DNA of 64,000 nucleotides from Macrostomum lignano. Its lineage: Eukaryota. How positions within the stretch are numbered: position 1 is the first letter of the stretch; every line of letters starts with the position of its first letter. Where the stretch lies: assembly GCA_002269645.1 (NCBI GenBank), contig NIVC01002925.1, positions 62,001 through 126,000 of the forward strand, read 5' to 3'. Positions 46,631 to 57,750 of this stretch are shown here, one piece after another. The notes below the pieces were generated by a model. That model saw only the letters and a program-made list of their open reading frames with translations, made no database searches and was not told the DNA's origin. A program made the position numbers and the translations under genes.

Positions 46631-47061
46631 GTCTAATCGCTATGATTAATCTTAGTCATTTCTTCATTCTTATCTCATGATAAACCTCGCCTTTTCCTGC
46701 CTACCTCTTGTGCTGCACCTGTAAGAAGAGAAGGATTAGAAATTTTACTGACCGGATAGTCACGGCTGAGCTGTATTCTATGACAAGCATTATTATTATG
46801 CTTTCCAGTACTGGCACTGTCTGCTCACTCAGTATTGCAAATGTTTAGAAATTATCAAATTTTTCTCTATTGAATACAGCATTGAAATACAGGCATATGG
46901 CTGACAACTATTAATACAGCAAGTATTCATTTCTGTTTAATTTCAAGTTATTCTGCTACTGCTTCTGGCTGACTACTTTTAGTAATGCAAATATAAAATA
47001 TCTGAAAATCAGCTTTTTCTGATGCAAATCAAGAATGGTAAATAAAATAGAAATAGCGGTA

Positions 47062-47400
47062 AGCACCCTGCAGTCAGACTGGTCAGCACCCTGCAGTCAG
47101 GCTGGTCAGCACCCTGCAGTCAGGCTGGTCAGCACCCTGCAGTCAGGCTGGTCAGCACCCTGCAGTCAGGCTGGTCAGCACCCTGCAGTCAGACTGGTCA
47201 GCACCCTGCAGTCAGACTGGTCAGCACCCTGCAGTCAGGCTGGTCAGCACCCTGCAGTCAGACTGGTCAGCACCCTGCAGTCAGACTGGTCAGCACCCTG
47301 CAGTCAGACTGGTCAGCACCCTGCAGTCAGACTGGTCAGCACCCTGCAGTCAGACTGGTCAGCACCCTGCAGTCAGGCTGGTCAGCACCCTGCAGTCAGG
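47062..47400. repeat. 23-bp minisatellite (cagcaccctgcagtcaggctggt)
   Basis: Direct tandem units. Confidence 0.95.
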
Positions 47401-47869
47401 CCAGTTCCCCATAACCTGGCGAATCCCGTCAGCTGTGCAAAAGCACGCGACAAAACAAAGATAAGCAAAGCTGCCTCAGTGCCACTCGCAAATTCCCTAT
47501 ATGAATTTTTAATATCCCGTAAGTGCCAGCCAGGGGCGGCAGCGCTAGCGCAATCCAGACTCCCAGAGGATCTTTGATAAAAAATGAAATCCCCCAACCC
47601 TGCCCGGCTGTCCAAAGTGGTGAAGCTGTGGCACACGCAGCAGACGGCAGAGATGAAGAATCTGCCCTTTGCCTGCCGCGGGCAGCACTGCAGGAATGCC
47701 GACGGCACACGAAATGAGGAAATTTGCTGAAGGTAATGAAAATCACAAGCACCGCCTGTTTGTCAAAAAATGAACCGAAAAATACTTCGTATTGGTTCGT
47801 GTTGATGAAGATAGCTTGTGCTGCAACAGTCACACTGCCGTACTTGCACCTCGAACTACCCTCCATCAA

Positions 47870-49372
47870 AATGCTTTACCCTCTGCTCCAATGCTTTACC
47901 CTCTGCTCCAATGCTTTACCCTCTGCTCCAATGCTTTACCCTCTGCCCCAATGCTTTACCCTCTGCCCCAATGCTTTACCCTCTGCCCCAATGCTTTACC
48001 CTCTGCCAAAATACTTTACCCTCTTCCAAAGTGCTTTACCCTCTTCCAAAGTGCTTTACCCTCTGCCTCAATGCTTTACCCTCTGCCCCAATGCTTTACC
48101 CTCTGCTCCAATGCTTTACCCTCTGCCCCAATGCTTTACCCTCTGCCCCAATGCTTTACCCTCTGCCAAAATACTTTACCCTCTTCCAAAGTGCTTTACC
48201 CTCTTCCAAAGTGCTTTACCCTCTGCCCCAATGCTTTACCCTCTGCCAAAATACTTTACCCTCTTCCAAAGTGCTTTACCCTCTTCCAAAGTGCTTTACC
48301 CTCTGCCCCAATGCTTTACCCTCTGCCCCAATGCTTTACCCTCTGCCCCAATGCTTTACCCTCTGCCAAAATACTTTACCCTCTTCCAAAGTGCTTTACC
48401 CTCTTCCAAAGTGCTTTACCCTCTGCCCCAATGCTTTACCCTCTGCTCCAATGCTTTACCCTCTGCTCCAATGCTTTACCCTCTGCTCCAATGCTTTACC
48501 CTCTGCTCCAATGCTTTACCCTCTGCTCCAATGCTTTACCCTCTGCTCCAATGCTTTACCCTCTGCTCCAATGCTTTACCCTCTGCTCCAATGCTTTACC
48601 CTCTGCCCCAATGCTTTACCCTCTGCCCCAATGCTTTACCCTCTGCCCCAATGCTTTACCCTCTGCCCCAATGCTTTACCCTCTGCCCCAATGCTTTACC
48701 CTCTGCCCCAATGCTTTACCCTCTGCCCCAATGCTTTACCCTCTGCCCCAATGCTTTACCCTCTGCCCCAATGCTTTACCCTCTGCCCCAATGCTTTACC
48801 CTCTGCCCCAATGCTTTACCCTCTGCCAAAATACTTTACCCTCTTCCAAAGTGCTTTACCCTCTTCCAAAGTGCTTTACCCTCTGCCCCAATGCTTTACC
48901 CTCTGCCCCAATGCTTTACCCTCTGCTCCAATGCTTTACCCTCTGCCCCAATGCTTTACCCTCTGCCCCAATGCTTTACCCTCTGCTCCAATGCTTAAAC
49001 CTCTGCTCGAATGCTTTACCCTCTGCTCCAATGCTTTACCCTCTGCTCCAATGCTTTACCCTCTGCTCCAATGCTTTACCCTCTGCTCCAATGCTTTACC
49101 CTCTGCCCCAATGCTTTACCCTCTGCCCCAATGCTTTACCCTCTGCCCCAATGCTTTACCCTCTGCCCCAATGCTTTACCCTCTGCCCCAATGCTTTACC
49201 CTCTGCCCCAATGCTTTACCCTCTGCCCCAATGCTTTACCCTCTGCCCCAATGCTTTACCCTCTGCCCCAATGCTTTACCCTCTGCCCCAATGCTTTACC
49301 CTCTGCCCCAATGCTTTACCCTCTGCCCCAATGCTTTACCCTCTGCCCCAATGCTTTACCCTCTTCCCCAAT
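47870..49372. repeat. 20-bp minisatellite (atgctttaccctctgcccca) with higher-order variant blocks
   Basis: About 75 units; a recurring three-unit variant cassette (gccaaaatact / ttccaaagtgct). Confidence 0.97.
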
Positions 49373-49814
49373 GCAACCGCCGAGAAAATTTCAACAAGCC
49401 TGCCCATCATCAAATTGAGAACAATCAGGGAACTCCAGCTTCATCGCTTATCGTATCGATCTGTGCCAAGCTCAGATCCCGCTAAGCTGGCAAAAGCACT
49501 TGCAGTGAGTTTATTGCGACCCAGTAATGCAGAGACAACACCGAAAATAACATATTGAATAGTCATTCAGTAGAGAAAGGCAACAAAGGTAAATTAAATA
49601 TATTAAGTTTCAATAAAAAATGTTCCTGTTTAAAATAGTACTGAGTTTTTTATAACACGGCGCAACCAATTTCGTTATTAGCCATAAAGCCGGAAAACTA
49701 TGAAGTTTGGAACAACAGTAAAAGCGACCGAGAATCCAATCAATACGAGTAAAACAAATTTAGGGGAATTTAAACAAAAATATGTTTGAGAAACGATTCG
49801 GCTTGAAAAAATTG

Positions 49815-50385
49815 GTCAGAAAGGACTGACAATTGGTCAGTAAGGACTGATAATTGGTCAGTAAGGACTGATAATTAGTCAGGAAGGACTGATAATTGGT
49901 CAGTAAAGACTGATAATTGGTCAGTAAGGACTGATAATTGGTCAGTAAGGACTGATAATTGGTCAGTAAAGACTGCTAATTAGTCAGGAAGGACTGATAA
50001 TTGGTCAGTAAGGACTGATAATTGGTCAGTAAGGACTGATAATTGGTCAGTAAAGACTGCTAATTAGTCAGGAAGGACTGATAATTGGTCAGTAAGGACT
50101 GATAATTGGTCAGTAAGGACTGATAATTGGTCAGTAAAGACTGCTAATTAGTCAGGAAGGACTGATAATTGGTCAGTAAGGACTGATAATTGGTCAGTAA
50201 GGACTGATAATTGGTCAGTAAGGACTGATAATTGGTCAGTAAAGACTGCTAATTAGTCAGGAAGGACCTATAATTGGTCAGACTGATAATTGGTCAGGAA
50301 AGACTGATAATTGGTCAGTAAAGACTGGTAATTGGTCAGTAAAGACTGATAATTGGTCAGTAAAGACTGGTAATTGGTCAGGAAA
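49815..50385. repeat. 21-bp minisatellite (taaggactgataattggtcag)
   Basis: Direct tandem units with periodic variants. Confidence 0.95.
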
Positions 50386-51034
50386 GTACGCACCCATGGT
50401 CAGTCCCAGTGGATTAAATAAGGAGAGCATAAAGTTTATAGTAGATTACGCGTAATTAGAGGTGAGGTAAAGTTTATGTTGCAGCTGGAAATTTGAGTCA
50501 CAAAAGTGATCAAGAAAATTTAGACAGCAAGCAAAGGTTCAAAGTTCAAAGGTTGCATAGCACTGCAAGACTGTGAAAAATGTCTGACTTTGTGACTAAA
50601 CCAAATGAATTGAGATTCGCATGCATCATTGCTGTGAATATAAACAACCCACAAATATTGTAGTCGGAAACCTGCGCAGAGTCAAACGACGGAGTGCCTC
50701 GGGGACTTTCGCTACTAACATAAGTAGCTTTGATAGCGCATTCCAGTAAAAAGTGTAAAGAAAATTTATTCAAAAGCTATAGAAGCGCACAATATTCGGA
50801 ATAGCGAGGAAAAGACAGACGGGTACATTAAGAGAGCGTTGTATTAAACAGCGATACAACACGAATATTGGTTAGACTGAGCGTAAGGAAATTTATGTAT
50901 ATATATATATAGACAATGCTTCGATAACAATACCATACTACTAACACTTCAGCAGTAGGCAAATCGGACCAGAGTTGCTAAAAATAGAAGGATAGAAGAT
51001 AATTAGATAATGTAGAGGCTAACAGAGCACAGGA

Positions 51035-52276
51035 TCAGACATCTACCACCATCTTTTTGTGAACGTCCAGACCGCTGACCAAGTCGCAGAACTCCTCATA
51101 GGAGATTCTGCCGTCCCCGTCTTTGTCAGCAAAGATGATGGTTTTGTCAACAATCTGCTGCAACTGAGTGTCCTTCAGATTGTTGCCGACCATCATTTTC
51201 AGCACCTGGCGGTGAATGAGTGGGTGGCTCGTGAGAACAGCAGTTCACTCTGTGAACAGTGTGTGAGAACAGCAGTTCACTCTGTGTGAACAGTGTGCGA
51301 GAATAGCAGTTCACTCTGTGTGAACAGTGTGCGAGAATAGCAGTTCACTCTGCGTGAACAGTGTGCGAGAATAGCAGTTCACTCTGCGTGAACAGTGTGC
51401 GAGAATAGCAGTTCACTCTGCGTGAACAGTGTGCGAGAATAGCAGTTCACTCTGTGTGAACAGTGTGCGAGAAAAGCAGTTCACTCTGTGTGAACAGTGT
51501 GCGAGAATAGCAGTTCACTCTGTGTGAACAGTGCGTGAGAATGTTCACTCTGTGTGAACAGTGTTGTGAGAATAGCAGTTGAATATGTGTGAACAGTGTG
51601 CGAGAAAAGCAGTTCACTCTGTGTGAACAGTGTGTGAGAATAGCAGTTCACTCTGCGTGAACAGTGTGTGAGAAAAGCAGTTCACTCTGTGTGAACAGTG
51701 TGCGAGAAAAGCAGTTCACTCTGTGTGAACAGTGTGCGAGAATAGCAGTTCACTCTGTGTGAACAGTGCGTGAGAATGTTCACTCTGTGTGAACAGTGTT
51801 GTGAGAATAGCAGTTCACTCTGTGTGAACAGTGCGAGAATAGCAGTTCACTCTGTGTGAACGGTGCGTGAAAATAGCAGTTCACTCTGCGTGAACAGTGC
51901 GTGAGAATAGCAGTTCACTCTGATCAGGCCCCGAACATACCTGGAACAGCTCGCCATTGCTGATGAAGCCGTCCTTGTCAATATCGTAGATCTTAAACGC
52001 GAAACGCAGTTTGGCCTCCTTGTCGCCCTTCACAGAGAACTGGGAAACGCCGTCAATGAACTCTTTGAAGTCCACCTCGCCATTCTGGTCTGTGTCGAAG
52101 ATGTCGATGACACGCTGGACCAGCGGGTTCTGCTGCAGCTCAGGCAGAGACATGAATTCGTCCACCGAGAGGCTTCCAGACCCATCGATATCCAGCTTCT
52201 TGAATCGCTTGCCCAGCCGCTTCAGCTCCTCCATGTCGAATGTGGAGCACATGTCTGCCGGCAACGTGTTTCCCAT
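51035..52276 (-). CDS. PPP3R1: Calcineurin subunit B (protein phosphatase 2B regulatory subunit), 2 coding exons, 168 aa
   Basis: Exon 52276-51941 ([10 protein letters not shown]...[23 protein letters not shown]...[25 protein letters not shown]...NGELFQ|gtatgt) and exon 51205-51035 (cag|[39 protein letters not shown]...KKMVVDV*). Four EF hands. Confidence 0.97.
51232..51920. repeat. 34-bp minisatellite (gagaatagcagttcactctgtgtgaacagtgtgc) filling the calcineurin B intron
   Basis: Direct tandem units, each containing a gttcac...gtgaac hairpin. Confidence 0.95.
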
Positions 52277-53567
52277 GACTATTAGTGGGTGTTCAGCTTA
52301 ACTGTAAAAAAAAACAGAAGTGGACCAGTGGGTATTTGGTGTATCTATTTAATGTGTTGTATTCATGGATGGGTATAAAACTTTATCATTTTGTGGTCAT
52401 AAAATCAAATTTTCATTATTAATAAAGGGACTTTAATTAAAAATACAAAATGGAGAAAATTGAATGGTTTTAAGATTAGCAGACATAATGCACATTATGA
52501 TTGCTGTAATAGCCAGCTTAATTAAAACCTAAAATTTCTATCAATTATTAAACACAATAGTATTTGATAATTTGTAAAGCCAACATTAACAATTGCTGAT
52601 ATGTGAAAGTTACTAGTTACTTTCTTCAATTTTTTTATAGTTCTATATTTAATTAGGAAATTAAAATTGAACTACTATGCTACAAACTCCAATAATTGAT
52701 TAAATTTGGCAAACTCATTTTATACTGAAAGTCTTAGTTTGAACCTACAACTAATTAAGGGAAATTTTAAAAACAACTCTTAAAATTCAAATTAAATTTA
52801 AATTAAAAATAGTTACAAATAAGTTTGAATTTGTTAAAATAAAGTCAATAAAAGCATTCAATAAAACACAGAGCTATGCCCAATTGGCCATATATGTACG
52901 TGTGCATGTATGAAGGTAAGGTGAAGCACTTAGAAAAAAGAGCAAATGTATATCAAAAAAGCCTACACAGTACAAATCTATGAAACTTCCTGATAAATAT
53001 CTTGAGTCCTGTGTGGACGCATAAAATAGATAATTAAATATAAGCAATTAATAGTCACTAAATGGTTAGAATTAATGAATCAATGTTGAATGGCAGTATA
53101 CTATAATTTAAAACTCAAATGGTTATGGAAGACACTCCTAAATGGCTAGGATTTTTTAGTTTTGTCAAATCCTTTTTGATTTAAAAGCCGAAAACTAACT
53201 TGTTTCAAAGGTAAAAGCAGAATAGCTAACAGTTTTTGTAATCACTATCAAGTAAAATGCAAAACAATCTTAAATTCTAAATTCGTAGAAATGCTAGCAA
53301 ACAAAAAAGTTGCTTTTTGATATCGCATAAAATTTTCTGAAAATAATACGATAATAAAGCTGCTATTAAGTTAAGTAACAATTTTATAAATTATTTTTAG
53401 TAACCTTAACTGTTTGTTTGCACGATTATTAATTCAACAACCAATGTAAACGTTTGTTTTAACATGCCTCTTAACGAAACAAATACCGTAACTGTGATTA
53501 AACCTGGAATTTTAAGATAGGAAGAAAAAGAACCATTACGGCGAGGAGTTATTCTAAAAACTGAGAT

Positions 53568-53753
53568 CAGTGGCGCAACCGGGAGGGGGCGGGGGGCCGT
53601 CGCCCCCCCCCTTAGCCAGGGGACCGAAAAAAAATCACAGGGGGACCAAGCGAATTTTCGCTAAAAACAGAGCCACCCCACCGCCGCCCCCCCCCTCCCG
53701 GGACTTTACCCTCAGAATCCGCCCCCCTTGAAAAATTTCTGGTTGCGCTACTG
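53568..53753. mobile_element. 186-bp hAT-type MITE
   Basis: TIRs cagtggcgcaacc / ggttgcgctactg (1 mismatch); 8-bp flanks actgagat / attgagat match at 7 of 8. Confidence 0.78.
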
Positions 53754-54069
53754 ATTGAGATGATCGTGAAAAAATGCAGTAAAAAATTTCACGATTTTTC
53801 TGTTTACTTAAGTTTGTATTTTAGGAGCACTCTTGCGTTTATTTTTGCCACAGTTTTTACGCAAGAGTTTTTTCGATGTTGTACCTGAAAATTATAAGAC
53901 TGCCCCGCTTTTTGCACCTCGATTTTTGAACTCTACAAGATTTAAAAATCAAAATTTAAATTTATTTTGTACTTTTTTGTTTGCTGCTTCTGATTCTGAT
54001 AAATGTAGATCGTTCCTACAAACCTTTTTGTCACAAGCAACACATCGAGATAGTTTCTTGAGAGTTAAC

Positions 54070-55098
54070 CAAGGACTTCTAGACTAACAGGACGTAAAAC
54101 TCAAAGATCGTGCAATTTTTTGGAGGCCACGATTTCCTGGAAAAAATACACTGCGAAGATAGGAAAAAATCTGTTTTTCGTCACAAAATCTGTGATTGTA
54201 TTTGATCTGGGGCAGTGAAGACTACCATTCTTTTAATTTACCATGCACAACATGTTACTCTATTATATTTTCATATAGCTGTGTAGTGAAGTTTTCATTT
54301 TCATATTGTTTTCACTTTATTTCATAAGCCTAAAGTTGCAAACTCACAAGTGGCATTAGCCAAACTTTTTGTGTTGTTCTTTTTAAAATAAAGTATAAAA
54401 ACATTGCAAGTAGGTACTCTTAGTCTTAAGCTATTATTGTAGGTTTAGTAACTATACTAATTCCTAGGCCTACTAGAACTAGACCTATCACTACACTATC
54501 TAGCCTAATAAGTAATTAAATTTAGACAATGATTTTTTTATTATATATAGATTACCAATACATAGTTTCATATGGTTGGTTACCTAGGCTTGAGAAAGCT
54601 GTATTATCAGTTTTTAAGCTAAGCCTATATTTAAGACTAAGATTTAAGAAGAATAGACTTAATCACAAAAATAGGCCCTAACCATTTTTACTAGGTATCT
54701 ATAAGAAAAAACATTGATTAGTCCTTTTATAATTTTTATTTTAAAGGCTAAAAATATTATTATATTACAAATTTGAATAGCTTTTCTTTTCTTGAATTTG
54801 ATATTTGGCTAATGCCACTTGTGAGTTTGCAACTTTGGGCTTATGAAATAAAGTGAAAACAATATGAAAATTAAAACTTCATTACATAGCTATATGAAAA
54901 TATAATAGAGTAACATGTTGTGCATGGTAAATTAAAAGAATGGTAGTCTTCACTGCCCCAGATCAAATACAATCACAGATTTTGTGACGAAAAACAGATT
55001 TTTTCCTATCTTCGCAGTGTATTTTTTCCAGGAAATCGTGGCCTCCAAAAAATTGCACGATCTTTGAGTTTTACGTCCTGTTAGTCTAGAAGTCCTTG
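54070..55098. mobile_element. 1029-bp foldback element with TIRs of about 295 bp, P-element superfamily-like (Galileo-type architecture)
   Basis: 54070-54364 is the reverse complement of 54804-55098 with few mismatches; ends CAAGG...CCTTG; exact 8-bp TSD gagttaac (54062-54069 and 55099-55106); AT-rich non-coding spacer. Confidence 0.85.
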
Positions 55099-55516
55099 GA
55101 GTTAACATGTACGGGATTAGAGAATTCAGAGAAAATGGGGTATGTACATGGCAGCAGTGAAGCTTGAGATTAATTGCGTAGTGTAAAATCGAAAAAAATA
55201 ATGTACTGATCAGCTTTTGAGGCAAGAGTCAACCTTGCAGCTTACTTAGCTGACCTACATGTATATACATCTAGCTGTACCAGGCAAGAAATTTCGAAAA
55301 TTTTACTTACATGCAATCTGGTGATTCTATAAGGAAGACATGTATCTCGGAGTTACCTCATGAATTAAAGTCATATGCACTTAATTCATTATTTCAGTCG
55401 GACTTAGCGACAGATGAAAAATGCCACTGACCCGAAGCAATTGCAAATACAAAACATGATTCAATGTACATGTAGCACTATCAGATAGTGCATAAATACT
55501 AAATATAAATCTGTGA

Positions 55517-57726
55517 TGTAACCACGCTCTGGTCGCGGGATAGGGCATGGGAACTTTTTCGAAAGTGCCTCCTATCCCGTGCACCCTCTGCACAGAGCTG
55601 TCGAGACTCGGCCAGGTCTCCGACCGGGCCTGGAGACTCCCGCTCTGCTGCACCCCTCCTGCTGCCTTGGTCCCGTCTCTCCTGCCGCCACACCTGCCTT
55701 TCCGGAGCCCCTACCCCTTTCTGTACCTCCCCCTCTACCCTATCTCTTCTGTTCCCGCCCTATTCTTCCTGTACTTTCTCTACCTCCTCCCTTTTTTTGT
55801 CTCCCTCTGCACTCTTTTCCTGCGCTGTCCCCTCTTTCCCTGTGTCTACTTACAGTACTTTGTGTGCTCACCGTCTCCCCATCCCCTCTCAAACTCCCAA
55901 ACGGTGACGCAAGTCGTGTGACCCCTTCTCCCCCTCGGTGACTCATCGATGACTCATCCCCCTCTCTTGCGCAACCTTTTCTCACGCTATTGTTCTCCTT
56001 CCCAAATTTCTCATGTGACACCCACCCCACCTCCGCTTCTATTGTTCTCGTTTTTGCTTCTTTTGTTCTCTCGACCCCCACCAATTATCACATTTTCTCC
56101 GATTTTCTCTTTCTTTTGTTCTCGTTTTCGCACCTAATTATCACCTTTTCTCCAATGTTTACTTTTCCATTGTTCTCAGTTTTCCCCAATGATCCCCGAT
56201 TTCCAATTCCTTTGTTCTCGACCCCAGCCCTATTGTTCTCAATGTTTGCTTGCGCAACACTTTCGCGACCACCCGCTGCGCCAATTATCCCCCCACCCCA
56301 CCTCCGGATTGCGCAATTTCCCGATTTCTCATGTTGCTATGCCGGTCTCATGCTTCTCATCATGACTCATTCTGACGTCATTCTGCCGGCAGCCAATCAG
56401 AGAGAGGGAGCCATGGTAACGACCTTGAAGAGGCGGCTGTGAGGTCTATAAAAGGAAGCGATTTCGGCATGAGAATACTCAACTGAGTTTATCTCTGTTC
56501 CTCTCCTCGTCCTTCTTTGGACTTGCTGTCAGATTGAGTTCTGACCCATTCGTCTATAAGACGAATCCCTGCCGGTCCGCGGTCTGTTACCGCCAAGTTA
56601 TCCTTAGCTCCCCAAGTGAGCTCGCCTATCGGCCAGCGGTCTGATACCGCCCAGCATCATCAGCATCGCCTGATCTACATCAGCGCCTCGCGCTCCAGCG
56701 CATCGCCGCTTCACCGTCTGCCTGACTGCAGCCTACAGCCGCCCTCGGTCACTCCGTCTCTCTCTCTCTCTGTGCAGCTGCCGGTAAGTTCCTGCTACTA
56801 ATTTGTGCTCTAATTGCCTTTGCTTATCCGGGGTTTGCCTATTTTCCATTGTCTGATTAGAGAGCTGAGCCAATTGTGATACCGTATCTTTTGCTGTATT
56901 TTACTCAATAGTGAAGCCGCCTAATTGCCTACTTATTTGCCTAAGGGCCTAATTATTAACTATTAACTAACTTCATCATTATTCAATCTTTCACCATCAT
57001 TTCACTCATGGCTTGCTAAGCCTTTCTCCCGGGGTGGCAAAGCATAAGGAAGTTTGGGTAAGCTAATGGCCTCTCCCCGTGCAAAGCCCGCCTGTGAGTG
57101 CGTGCTGCGGGGCCGCGTGTGCGTGCAGTAGAGGGATTAGCGAGTCTTGGCACAGAATGGCAGTAGGAAGGTTGCAACCCCATGCTAACGCGTCCCTTCG
57201 CCCTGAGCAATCTAAACTGTAGACAGTACATGTTCGCCTCATACTACTCTTAGTAATCAAAGTCGCAAGTCAGCCTCGCTCACAGCCACAAAGGATCCCC
57301 TGCTGAGAAATCCTCCAGGATTGAGCCCAGAGTTCCCGATCATGCCCCAAGCAGAGTCCCTGTACTCGGCTGCATGCGTCTCCCCTGCTAGCCTAAATCC
57401 CCTGGTAACCAATCCAGGCGGGGCTCTAGCCTCGAGAGGTCTGGTAGAAAGATCCAGGTGCGCCAGGTCACATAGAGTGGTGGCAGCCACTCGGTCATAC
57501 CATGACCGAGTGACCAACTATTGCACCTTGGCTACAGGTGGGGTCCATGTGGGTCCTTGGCCCTCTGGTCACGAAGCGCTACCAAAGCTACTAATCATGT
57601 GGGCGGGACAGTCTGGTGCTGGAGGTCCGTCAGGTCATTGCCCGGTCATAGGCAGCCTACGGTCATTGCCCCTCTAGCCATGCGTTCGTCTCTCTACGGA
57701 GCGGACAGGCGACAAGGGCGGTTACA
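55517..57726 (+). repeat. 5' LTR (about 2.2 kb)
   Basis: Starts tgtaacc and ends ggttaca (7-bp terminal inverted repeat, TG...CA), 6 nt before the PBS; internal CCAAT and TATA. The left boundary cannot be confirmed without the 3' LTR. Confidence 0.7.
56390..56454 (+). promoter_or_regulatory. LTR promoter: CCAAT box and TATA box
   Basis: gccaatcag near 56392 and tataaaag at 56447-56454. Confidence 0.6.
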
Positions 57727-57732
57727 TCAAAA

Positions 57733-57750
57733 TGGTGGCAGCGGTGGGAT
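57733..57750 (+). other. Primer-binding site complementary to the 3' end of tRNA-Leu
   Basis: tggtggcagcggtgggat is the reverse complement of ATCCCACCGCTGCCACCA, the 3' end of common eukaryotic tRNA-Leu isoacceptors. Confidence 0.85.

Noticed and set aside
6412-49558. Dozens of long ORFs with periodic sequence (for example 8759-9610, 10483-11532, 14324-15601, 23235-25381, 36185-37162, 47724-49558)
   Set aside because: They are translations of minisatellites lacking stops in some frames; their period equals the DNA repeat unit, they occur in several frames and on both strands, and most lie in introns.
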